A DNA stretch of 64,000 nucleotides from an uncultured Roseivirgaceae bacterium (lineage in GTDB: Bacteria; Bacteroidota; Bacteroidia; Cytophagales; Cyclobacteriaceae), in the NCBI GenBank assembly GCA_964653795.1, contig CAZZHO010000001.1:22426-86425 (forward strand). Direction: 5' to 3'. Position 1 is the first letter of the stretch. Each line of letters starts with the position of its first letter. A program made the position numbers and the translations under genes. This document shows, piece after piece, positions 17,824 through 26,582 of the stretch. The notes under the pieces were generated by a model. It ran no database searches, was not told the DNA's origin, and worked only from the letters and a program-made list of their open reading frames with translations.

Positions 17824-18405
17824 TCAGTGGTTGTCTTTCAAAAGCCCTTTGGTCAGTTCATTGAGCTTTTCCACTTTTTCCTCAAAATCACCTTTTATAG
17901 TCTTTCTAAAATCATTTAGGTTTTTCACCAGGTCATTCACATCTTCTGGTATCACCTCTTCAAAAAACTGTCTTAGGCGTTTGGCAGTAGTGGGGGACTG
18001 GCCATTAGTTGAAATAGCAATTTTGACGTTGCCTTTGGTCACTATTCCGCCCATATAAAAATCGCAGTAGGGCGGGTTGTCTGCCACATTCACAAGGGTG
18101 CCCTTTTCTCTGCACAGGTGATAGATTTCTTCGTTTAATTGCTCATTATCCGTAGAGGCGATTACGATATGAAACCCCTCAATATCTGAAGGTTCGAAGT
18201 GCTTCTCTTCGGTGGTTACATCACCTTTTGATGCTATTTCTAAAGTTCCCTCTCTGAAGAATGTAGCAACCAGTTTCACGTGCGCATCGGGGCTGGATTT
18301 CAAAAGAAATGTTAGTTTCTCTTCTGCTACGAAGCCTCCGCCCACGATGAGTACTTTGAGGTTACTCATTTTGAGAAAAACAGGATAAAGGTTGTTGCGT
18401 TCCAT
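17824..18405 (-). CDS. Precorrin-2 dehydrogenase / sirohydrochlorin ferrochelatase (siroheme synthase N-terminal-domain type)
   Basis: NAD motif VLIVGGGFVAEEK and ~190 aa. It is coupled by a 1-nt overlap to cobA within the sulfite reductase operon. Confidence 0.8.
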   Translation of the reverse strand: MERNNLYPVFLKMSNLKVLIVGGGFVAEEKLTFLLKSSPDAHVKLVATFFREGTLEIASKGDVTTEEKHFEPSDIEGFHIVIASTDNEQLNEEIYHLCREKGTLVNVADNPPYCDFYMGGIVTKGNVKIAISTNGQSPTTAKRLRQFFEEVIPEDVNDLVKNLNDFRKTIKGDFEEKVEKLNELTKGLLKDNH

Positions 18406-19172
18406 TAGGCAATTTTCAAAGCATCGTTTTCAGCAAACAATGCTTGTAGCTGATACGAATGTCGTACAACTTCTCCAATTACAATCACGGCAGGATTGGA
18501 AAGTCCATCCTTGGCAACTTCCACCTCTATATTTTCAATGGTACCTGCTACGCTCCTTTCATTTTTCAAAGTAGCATTCTGTACGATCGCAATTGGAGTA
18601 TCACACTTGCCGATGGATTTAAAAATCGAGACTATAGAAGAGAGCTTTGACATTCCCATCAAGATCACCAAAGTAGCGCTGGTAGAGGCAGCTGTTTGGA
18701 TATCTTGAGCCAAGGTACTTTCAGATGTGGTGCCGGTCAATATCCATACACTTTGTGATACATGCCGTTGAGTTACAGCAATTCCCAAAGAGGATGGTCC
18801 TGCCACTGAGGAGGTAATACCGGGGATCACTTCAACCTCAATACCGAACGTTTTGGTGTGATCAATTTCTTCAGTACCGCGCCCAAAGACGAATGGGTCT
18901 CCGCCTTTTAGTCGTACTACATGACCATTTTGAAAAGCTTCTTTTACAATTAGCTCATTGATTTCCTCCTGAGAGTAGGCCTTGAAGCCCCTTCTTTTGC
19001 CAACGAATATTTTACGAGCAGACTTAGCATAATCAAGCAACTCAGGAGCCACAAGAGCATCAAATAAAACCACATCAGCAGCTTCAAGAGCTTTTATTCC
19101 CTTTAACGTTATGAGATCTGGATCACCTGGTCCAGCTCCAACCAATGTAAGTTTTGGATGAACCTTAGGCAT
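18405..19172 (-). CDS. cobA: Uroporphyrinogen-III C-methyltransferase
   Basis: LVGAGPGDPDLITLKG SAM-methylase signature and 255 aa. It overlaps the sulfite reductase stop by 8 nt. Confidence 0.9.
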   Translation of the reverse strand: MPKVHPKLTLVGAGPGDPDLITLKGIKALEAADVVLFDALVAPELLDYAKSARKIFVGKRRGFKAYSQEEINELIVKEAFQNGHVVRLKGGDPFVFGRGTEEIDHTKTFGIEVEVIPGITSSVAGPSSLGIAVTQRHVSQSVWILTGTTSESTLAQDIQTAASTSATLVILMGMSKLSSIVSIFKSIGKCDTPIAIVQNATLKNERSVAGTIENIEVEVAKDGLSNPAVIVIGEVVRHSYQLQALFAENDALKIA

Positions 19173-21267
19173 CGACTAACTCTTTGGCCCTTTGCCGATC
19201 AATCAAATGATAGAAGTCCTTGGCTGCTGCTAAGTATGACTTAGCAAAGTCCTCCGATGGTTGCTCCTCGTTCATTTGATAGACTAATTCGGAGAATGAG
19301 GTAGGTAAAATGACTTTTGCTGTTGATACGTAGTACTCGTCAAACCCTTTTATGATACTAGCATGAGAGTTGGTCTTGTGTCCATCAACAGTCAACTGAG
19401 CTTTAGCAGTGTTTACCAAGGCCGTGTAAGCATGATAAATGCTATCTGCCCATTTACCTTGATCAAAAGCTTTAGTGGCGTTTTCAAGTTTTTCTTCACT
19501 TTCAAATAGTAAGGTGGAGACCAAATCGATCACAACACCTGCGCATTCACCGATACCAATTGCTTTGACATAGTCAGCATCATGTCCCCAATCGATGAAG
19601 TCCGACTCCTGCAGATTGTCAGTGCGGGCTAATTCCTTCAATAGTTCGAAGAAGTAGATTTTGCCCTGTCTGTCATAGTAACCTAGAAAATCTTCATTTT
19701 CCTCTGCATTGGCTTCAAAATCATTCAATAATGTTCGCAATGCTTCCGGACCCCTTTTTGAAGGGATTTTAGTGACCTTATCAGAGAAACGGCCCTTACC
19801 ATCTCCTATAACACCACCACCAATTAGGACTTGAAGAGCAGGTGCTAACCTAGCACCAGATTTGATCGACATACCTTGGAAGCCAATATGTGCCATACTG
19901 TGCTGTCCGCAGGCATTCATACAGCCACTTATTTTGATGGTTAGGTCCTTGCTTTGAAGGTATTGAGGGTACTCAGCTTTTAGTACTTTCTCTAATTCTG
20001 TAGCTATGCCGGTGCTACTAGATATTCCCAGGTTACAAGTATCTGTTCCAGGGCAAGCCGTGATATCGGCGATGGTATTGTAACCTTCATCTGCCAGACC
20101 CATTTCCTTAAGTTCTTGATAGAAGAATGGCACCAAATCTTCTCTAATATTCCGAATAAGGATATCCTGTCTTAGTGTGAAGCGCAATTCATTGGCACCA
20201 TAAGACTTGATCAGTTTCGCCAGTTTCCTTGCTTGGCCAGTGTAGAAGTCACCTAAATGAACTTTAACACCGACGGCCACCAAACCTTCTTGTTTCTGTG
20301 AAATAACGTTAGTGCTTTTCCAGGTATTGAAAGCCTCAATATCCTCAATATCCACGCTTTTAACTTCTGCCGTAGAAGTGCTTATATATTGGATCGCAGC
20401 CAGGTCAATGACTACTTGCTGGACTTTTAGAGCTTTTCTTTGTTGATCAACAAGCTTCAAAAACTCATCCATTCCAATTTCTTTGATCAGGAACTTGAGT
20501 CTGGCTTTATTTCTTTTCTCTCTTTCTCCATATCGGTCAAACACCCTCAAAACACTTTCGATAACAGGAATGACCAAGTCTTCCTCCAGGAACTCATACA
20601 TCACCTCAGCATGGGCAGGTTGGGATCCCAGACCTCCAGCCAGCATCACTTTGAAACCTCTTTTCTGTTGGCCTTCAACCTCTTGGGTTTTAGCGATGAA
20701 GCCAAGGTCATGCATAAAACTCAAAGCATCATCCTCGTCTGTCGCCGAGAATGAAATCTTGAATTTTCTCCCCATCTCCTGGCAAACCGGGTTCCTTAAA
20801 AAGAATTGGAATACCGCATGTGCATAAGGCGATACATCGAATGGTTCTTTTGGATCCACTCCGGCTGTAGGGCTAGCCGTTACATTTCTGACAGTATTGC
20901 CGCATGCCTCTCTTAATGTGATATCATCTTTTTCCAGTTGCGCCCATAGCTCGGGAGTTCTATCGAGACTCACATGGTGAATTTGAATATCTTGTCGTGT
21001 GGTGATATGTAATCTTCCCGTGGAATACTCATCGGAAACATCAGAAATTCGCAATAGCTGTTCACTGCTGACTCTGCCAAAAGGCAGTTTGATACGAATC
21101 ATCTGCACACCAAGCTGTCTTTGGCCATAAACGCCTCTAGCCAGGCGCAAAGAGCGGAATCGCTCTTCATCTATTTTACCATCATGGAATAGCTTGATTC
21201 GACGTTCCAGGTCAATGATATCTTGCTCAACGACTGGATTCTCCAACTCTGTTCTAAAACTCTGCAT
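19165..21267 (-). CDS. Siroheme/[4Fe-4S] sulfite reductase hemoprotein with a ~140-aa helical C-terminal extension
   Basis: Cluster/siroheme Cys motifs ACPGTDTCNLG (C405, C411) and SGCMNACGQH (C449, C453). At 700 aa, it has 247 residues after the last Cys. Confidence 0.85.
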   Translation of the reverse strand: MQSFRTELENPVVEQDIIDLERRIKLFHDGKIDEERFRSLRLARGVYGQRQLGVQMIRIKLPFGRVSSEQLLRISDVSDEYSTGRLHITTRQDIQIHHVSLDRTPELWAQLEKDDITLREACGNTVRNVTASPTAGVDPKEPFDVSPYAHAVFQFFLRNPVCQEMGRKFKISFSATDEDDALSFMHDLGFIAKTQEVEGQQKRGFKVMLAGGLGSQPAHAEVMYEFLEEDLVIPVIESVLRVFDRYGEREKRNKARLKFLIKEIGMDEFLKLVDQQRKALKVQQVVIDLAAIQYISTSTAEVKSVDIEDIEAFNTWKSTNVISQKQEGLVAVGVKVHLGDFYTGQARKLAKLIKSYGANELRFTLRQDILIRNIREDLVPFFYQELKEMGLADEGYNTIADITACPGTDTCNLGISSSTGIATELEKVLKAEYPQYLQSKDLTIKISGCMNACGQHSMAHIGFQGMSIKSGARLAPALQVLIGGGVIGDGKGRFSDKVTKIPSKRGPEALRTLLNDFEANAEENEDFLGYYDRQGKIYFFELLKELARTDNLQESDFIDWGHDADYVKAIGIGECAGVVIDLVSTLLFESEEKLENATKAFDQGKWADSIYHAYTALVNTAKAQLTVDGHKTNSHASIIKGFDEYYVSTAKVILPTSFSELVYQMNEEQPSEDFAKSYLAAAKDFYHLIDRQRAKELVDA

Positions 21268-21324
21268 CTACTTATCGTCAAATTTTGGATTAATGGGTCT
21301 TGGTAGTTCTTAATGAAGAAGGGA

Positions 21325-21948
21325 TTAGCCAACCAGGTGAATTCCGCATTCGCGTGACTGCAGTGCTTTCACCGGATCGAAATAATCAATATTTTTTGGA
21401 AGACTATTTTGAGTCAAATAATCATCCAGGTCCTCGTCAGTCCAGTAGTAAAAGGGGCTGATCTTAAGTATGCCGTCGTTGCTGTAGCTTAAAATGTCTT
21501 TTGAGTCCCTGTAGGAAGTCTGTCTGACTCGGATGTTAGTAAACCAAATTTCGGGCTGATGTTCAGCTAAGGCTCTTCTAAATGGTTCGAGTTTGACTAC
21601 TTCAGTGAATTCCTCATGCTTTGGGTCATCTACCATGGGAAGCCCCAAGGTAGCGTCGATAAAACCTCTCGTATTTTTAGGAACATAAGTATGGATATTC
21701 AAATTCAGATCTTCTATCAGCTTTGCAGCGTGTTCGTAGGTCTGATAATTATTGTATCCAGTATCACACCAGATGACATCAATGTTCGGGTCTTTTCTCG
21801 AGAAGGTCGAAAGCAAAATGGCGGAGTAGACACCAAAACTCGTAGTGACGATCCTTTTTTCTGTGAGAGGAAGGGCCCACTCGATTATTTCATCTGGAGT
21901 CTTATGACGTAAAAAATTGTTGTGTTCGGTTAAATCGATCTTGATCAT
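21325..21948 (-). CDS. cysH: Phosphoadenosine phosphosulfate (PAPS) reductase
   Basis: PAPS_reduct fold with the C-terminal catalytic ECGIH motif. It has no CC...CxxC Fe-S motif, so it looks like the thioredoxin-dependent PAPS type. Confidence 0.85.
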   Translation of the reverse strand: MIKIDLTEHNNFLRHKTPDEIIEWALPLTEKRIVTTSFGVYSAILLSTFSRKDPNIDVIWCDTGYNNYQTYEHAAKLIEDLNLNIHTYVPKNTRGFIDATLGLPMVDDPKHEEFTEVVKLEPFRRALAEHQPEIWFTNIRVRQTSYRDSKDILSYSNDGILKISPFYYWTDEDLDDYLTQNSLPKNIDYFDPVKALQSRECGIHLVG

Positions 21949-21963
21949 TCTATAAAAATTGAT

Positions 21964-21979
21964 TTATCCTATCGGATAA
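21964..21979. promoter_or_regulatory. Inverted repeat TTATCC-N4-GGATAA just upstream of cysH (possible operator)
   Basis: 6-bp arms, 16-31 nt upstream of the cysH ATG and downstream of the Rrf2 regulator gene. Confidence 0.25.
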
Positions 21980-22064
21980 GTAGACTAAACGTAAAGTTAG
22001 ATTTTTAGTTCCTAACCGCAATGGAATTTTAAGGGATCAAGTAATTATTTTGAGATTTCGGATT

Positions 22065-22499
22065 TTAGGCTTCCAAAATGTAATTATCACTTTTAATCAA
22101 GTCTGAAAGGGATGTATTATTGAGTATTTCCAATGTGTTATCCCGTACCTGAATCATCAGTTTATGCACGCTACAGGTCTTTTCATCTGGGCAGTCGTCG
22201 CATTTTTCATAGAAATTCAGACTTACGCAAGGAACCATGGCTATTGGACCCTCCAATAATCGATAGACTTCTGAAATCGATATTTCCTCTGGTGGTTTAA
22301 GCAAGTAATAGCCTCCGCCTTTTCCCTTTTTGGAGCCCAAGAATCCTGATTTCCTAAGACTCAACAAGATACTTTCTAAGAACTTTTGGGGAATATTTTC
22401 AGACTGAGAAATGGTAGCAATCTGGGTGGGGCCTTCCGCATCTTGGCGAGCTAGGTAGCTCAATGCTTTAAGTCCGTATTTGGTCTTTTTCGATAGCAC
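22065..22499 (-). CDS. Rrf2-family transcriptional regulator (IscR/CymR-like, Cys-rich cluster-binding region)
   Basis: N-terminal wHTH (KTKYGLKALSYLA...) and Cys cluster PCVSLNFYEKCDDCPDEKTC. GTG start. Confidence 0.85.
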   Translation of the reverse strand: MLSKKTKYGLKALSYLARQDAEGPTQIATISQSENIPQKFLESILLSLRKSGFLGSKKGKGGGYYLLKPPEEISISEVYRLLEGPIAMVPCVSLNFYEKCDDCPDEKTCSVHKLMIQVRDNTLEILNNTSLSDLIKSDNYILEA

Positions 22500-22563
22500 A
22501 TCTAAAATTACTTAATTGCTCTTAAAATGCGATCCTTCCAAAAGTGCCTACGTTGTTGGTTAA

Positions 22564-22941
22564 ATGCCATATTTTCGAAATATGGAAGAATCAGAGCGTT
22601 TGTGCTTGGAATGTGAGAGGCCGGTGTTTGGTCGATCAGATAAGAAATTCTGTTCTGACGGATGCAGAGCTGCTTTCAACAACAAGCAAAACGCCGTTTC
22701 GGTCACCATTAGGAAGGTCAATATTATTCTCCGGAAGAATAGAAAAATTTTAGAAGTCCTAAATCCTGAAGGTAAGCGAACTACACACCGGGACGAGTTA
22801 CTCAAAAGAGGTTTTGACTTCCAGTACTTTACAAATGTGCATCGGACAAAGGCTGGTGACGAATACCGTTTTTGCTATGATCAGGGCTTTCTGGAATTGC
22901 AAAAAGGTTTTGTATTGTTAGTAAAAAAGTTTGAGTCTTAA
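22564..22941 (+). CDS. Zinc-ribbon hypothetical protein (CxxC...FCSxxC, DUF2116-like N-terminus)
   Basis: CLECERPVFGRSDKKFCSDGCRAAF motif. The start could instead be MEESERL at 22582. Confidence 0.55.
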   Translation: MPYFRNMEESERLCLECERPVFGRSDKKFCSDGCRAAFNNKQNAVSVTIRKVNIILRKNRKILEVLNPEGKRTTHRDELLKRGFDFQYFTNVHRTKAGDEYRFCYDQGFLELQKGFVLLVKKFES

Positions 22942-23043
22942 TCACAATTCGCGTACTCCGCTTAATTTTGGTGTGGAGCATCGTTGAACTAGGATCAATT
23001 CCACGAAGGAAAACCCCAAGATCCTTTTAACTGCATTTGTCTT

Positions 23044-24072
23044 ATGAAAGGAAATCCTGTTACACTTAAGGACATTGCCAATGAATTGGGGGTTTCGATG
23101 GGTACCGTTTCCAGGGCCCTGAAAGATTATCCAGGGATCAGTGATAAAACGAAGAAGGCCGTTAAGGATTTAGCTAAAAAGCTGAAGTACAGACCAAACC
23201 CAGTTGCACTAAACCTCAAGCGTCAGAGATCCAAGATCATAGGTGTGGTCTGCCCTAAGATTTTCCATACCTTTTTCAGCTCTGTCATCAATGGTATAAT
23301 GAAAGCCGCGGATAAAGAAGGTTATACAGTTATACTGGTGCAGACGGATGAATCTTACAAGAAAGAGGTAAAGGAAGCCAAGGTACTATTGCAAAGCCCT
23401 CTGGAAGGGCTACTCATATCTACCACGTTTGAGACACAGCATTACACTCACCTAGAGCAATTCCTTGATTATGGTATTCCTGTGGTTCAATATGATCGTA
23501 TCAATGATGATTTAGATACCTCTAAAATCCATGTTGATGACTATGATGGTGCTTTTCAAGCCACCCAGCACCTAATTGATCAAGGCTGCAAGCACATTGC
23601 TTTGGTAAGAGGGAAACTTATTCCTTTGATTAAGCGCAGATTGGAGGGCTTTCAAGACGCTCTCAAAGCTAATGGTCTTTCTTACTCTGATGAAATGGTA
23701 TTGGAGACCAAAACTTCAGAGATAGAAGAAGGGGTAGAGTTGACAGATGATTTATTAAAACTGAGTCAAAGACCTGATGGTGTTCTTTCTTTTGCGGATG
23801 TCACCGCACTTGGTTTGATGAAAGGGCTGAAAGCCCGAGGAATTAGGATACCAGAGGACATAGCCATTGTTGGGTTTAATGATTCGGACATGTCCACCTT
23901 GGTGGAACCATCTCTCACAGCAGTAGCCCAACCTGGGTATAAGATGGGCAAAACAGCTGCCAATATTTTGTTCCGGGAGATTGAAGTGGTGAAGAACGAT
24001 GACGATCCTATCCCTGAAGAGGTTACCCTGAAAACAGAGCTTGTCATCAGGGAATCCTCCAAAAAGAACTAG
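23044..24072 (+). CDS. LacI-family transcriptional regulator
   Basis: N-terminal HTH VTLKDIANELGVSMGTVSRALKD plus a periplasmic-binding-fold sugar-sensor domain. 342 aa. Confidence 0.9.
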   Translation: MKGNPVTLKDIANELGVSMGTVSRALKDYPGISDKTKKAVKDLAKKLKYRPNPVALNLKRQRSKIIGVVCPKIFHTFFSSVINGIMKAADKEGYTVILVQTDESYKKEVKEAKVLLQSPLEGLLISTTFETQHYTHLEQFLDYGIPVVQYDRINDDLDTSKIHVDDYDGAFQATQHLIDQGCKHIALVRGKLIPLIKRRLEGFQDALKANGLSYSDEMVLETKTSEIEEGVELTDDLLKLSQRPDGVLSFADVTALGLMKGLKARGIRIPEDIAIVGFNDSDMSTLVEPSLTAVAQPGYKMGKTAANILFREIEVVKNDDDPIPEEVTLKTELVIRESSKKN

Positions 24073-24080
24073 CCGATCAT

Positions 24081-26552
24081 CTATTCATACTTGAGAGAGT
24101 CTACTGGATTCAAGGAAATAGATCTTAGAATTCTACTCACTATAGTCAAGGCTGCCACGAAGCAAACGAATGCTAAAGGGACAACCAACAGCCACCATCC
24201 CAGATCAATGCTAAAATGATAGTTCTCTAGCCAGCTACTGAGCGCAAACCAACAAATTGGCATAGCAATCAAGTAGGCTATAGAGATAATGCTAGCATAG
24301 TTTCTTGAGAGTAAGAGTGTAAGTCCAAGGGATTTTGCTCCTAGTACTTTCCGTATGCCTATTTCCTTGATTCGTTGCTGAAGAGTGAAGGTGGTCAAAC
24401 CATAAAGTCCCAAACACGCTATTACTATCGCAAGCACTGAGAAAGTACCGAAGATTTTACCAAACTGCTCATCGGCAGCATACTGCTGGTTAAAGTTGTC
24501 ATCCAGAAAGAAGTAGTCCATAGGAGTATCCGTAAAACTGTTACTCCATTCGTTTTCAATCAAACTCATCGTTTGACTAAGAGCTTTGGCTCTTTGAGCT
24601 GGCTCTTCCTGTGTGAGATTCATCTTGACGAAATAAAATTCCGTCCAGCTACTCTGTATGTACATAATTGGATCATAATCACTATGTAATGAAACTTGGT
24701 GATGGTTTTTAGCTACCCCTACTATCATGGTTGGGTTTCGACTATAGAAGCCTTCCAATTTTTTCCCTAGTGCATCCTCGGGGTTTTCGAAACCTAATAG
24801 TCTGGCTAGTTTTTCATTGATCACAACTGCTCCATTTCCCCAGGCACTGTCTTGAGGACCTAATTTTCTGCCTGCTACGATCTCGATCTCAAAGAAGTCC
24901 ATGAATCCTCTTCCGACAGTCATGAAGCTGGTTCCTATGGATTCGTCAGAATTTTTACCGGGTAGTTTCACCTCTCCACCCCATGTAATGGGTTCTCCGG
25001 GGATTTCTCCCGCATTGGTAATGGAAACAATCTCTGACCTTCCGTCCAGGGCTGTCTTGAAGCTGTTGAATTTCTTAACATCGGGCCGATCTTGCTGACT
25101 CACGTCGCCCGGAGGTGATTTTATCACCAAAATATCACTGATATCCAACCCAAGGTCACTTGCCTTCATAAAAGAGATCTGCTTGTAGATAGTGATGGTC
25201 ACACCTATCAATAGGAAAGTGATGATAAATTGGAATGAGACTAAAATGCTCCTTAGACTAAAACCAGATAGCTTCTGAGTCTTTTTATTGCCTGTGAGAA
25301 TGTTAGCCGTATCGAATCCTTTTAAAATGATGGCTGGATATGAGCCTATGAGGAACGCTCCCAAAATCACCACCATGAAAGCCATGATGAGGATATCGGT
25401 GCTTTGAAGAATACCAAAGTTGATACCCGTTAGCTGAAGGATAAGAGGGGATGAAAGTTGGACAATTGTGATGGCCAGAAGGAAAGCAAATGAATTTAGA
25501 AGAACCGCCTCGAGTAGGAACAGTAAGGTTATTTGCTGGGTTTTTGAACCCATGACCTTACGAATCCCAACTTCTTTCAATCGATCAAGGATTTTGACCA
25601 ATGATAGATTTAAATAGTTGATCCAGGCAACAATCAGTATAATGATCGCAATGGTAGAAAGTGCATAGATCATTCTATAATCTACAGAAGGCTTAAAGTC
25701 GGTGCTGGCTGTTGAGTATAGATGTAAATCTTTCAATCCCATCAGCGAATAATCAATGATATAGCCATATTGATCGAGCTTCTCTCTAGCACTTTCTTTA
25801 TGTATCCGATAGATGTCTTTTTCGATTTCAGCGACAGTTGCTTGAGGCTCTAAGAGGAGATAGGTATAGAAGGCAAAATTTCCCCAGTTGTCAAGCTTAA
25901 TACCATATTCATTTTCAATGCTTTGAGTTGATAATAAGGAGCTAAACTGAAAATGAGACTGTTTCGGTAGGTCCTCGATGACTCCAATTATTTCGAAGCT
26001 TCTCTCACCATTGTTGGAGGCTATGTTCATAGGCTTTCCAATTAGCTTTTTGAAATCGTTGGTATACTTCTTTGCTATCGACTCTGTAAGAATCAAAGTC
26101 CTGTTTTGGTCGAACTTTTCTGCATTACCGGCAATGAATTCAACTTCGAACATATCGAAGAAGGCTTTATCCGTACTGTATGTTCCTCTTTCTTGAAAGG
26201 AGAGCAAGTTTCCTGCATCCTCCAGACTAAATGTATTGTTTAGATAATCGAGGTTATAGAATCTTGTGACCGATGCTACCAAAGGGTTTGATTCCGAAAT
26301 CATTCGTCCCATCTGAGGAGAGCATCTTGCTGATTCGCCCTCACTCAGGCCAGACTTGGTGGCCATTGTCTGAATTCGGTAGATATTGTCGCTATTCCTC
26401 CAATTTTTATCAAACTCAGCATGGTATTGGACGTATTGAGCGATTGTAATGCAGGCAGCAATCCCTAGCGCTAGGCCCAATATGTTGATGACTGAATAAA
26501 GCCGGTTCTTCTTAATCTGTCTAAGTATCGTGATAAAGTAATTGCGAAGCAT
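24081..26552 (-). CDS. MacB/FtsX-family ABC-type permease (fused double module)
   Basis: MLRNYFITILRQIKKNR N-terminus, and two FtsX modules with EVGIRKVMGS and EIGIRKVLGA loops. 823 aa. Confidence 0.9.
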   Translation of the reverse strand: MLRNYFITILRQIKKNRLYSVINILGLALGIAACITIAQYVQYHAEFDKNWRNSDNIYRIQTMATKSGLSEGESARCSPQMGRMISESNPLVASVTRFYNLDYLNNTFSLEDAGNLLSFQERGTYSTDKAFFDMFEVEFIAGNAEKFDQNRTLILTESIAKKYTNDFKKLIGKPMNIASNNGERSFEIIGVIEDLPKQSHFQFSSLLSTQSIENEYGIKLDNWGNFAFYTYLLLEPQATVAEIEKDIYRIHKESAREKLDQYGYIIDYSLMGLKDLHLYSTASTDFKPSVDYRMIYALSTIAIIILIVAWINYLNLSLVKILDRLKEVGIRKVMGSKTQQITLLFLLEAVLLNSFAFLLAITIVQLSSPLILQLTGINFGILQSTDILIMAFMVVILGAFLIGSYPAIILKGFDTANILTGNKKTQKLSGFSLRSILVSFQFIITFLLIGVTITIYKQISFMKASDLGLDISDILVIKSPPGDVSQQDRPDVKKFNSFKTALDGRSEIVSITNAGEIPGEPITWGGEVKLPGKNSDESIGTSFMTVGRGFMDFFEIEIVAGRKLGPQDSAWGNGAVVINEKLARLLGFENPEDALGKKLEGFYSRNPTMIVGVAKNHHQVSLHSDYDPIMYIQSSWTEFYFVKMNLTQEEPAQRAKALSQTMSLIENEWSNSFTDTPMDYFFLDDNFNQQYAADEQFGKIFGTFSVLAIVIACLGLYGLTTFTLQQRIKEIGIRKVLGAKSLGLTLLLSRNYASIISIAYLIAMPICWFALSSWLENYHFSIDLGWWLLVVPLAFVCFVAALTIVSRILRSISLNPVDSLKYE

Positions 26553-26582
26553 GGTGAGGTTTTTTAAAAGGTCTTGATTTGA

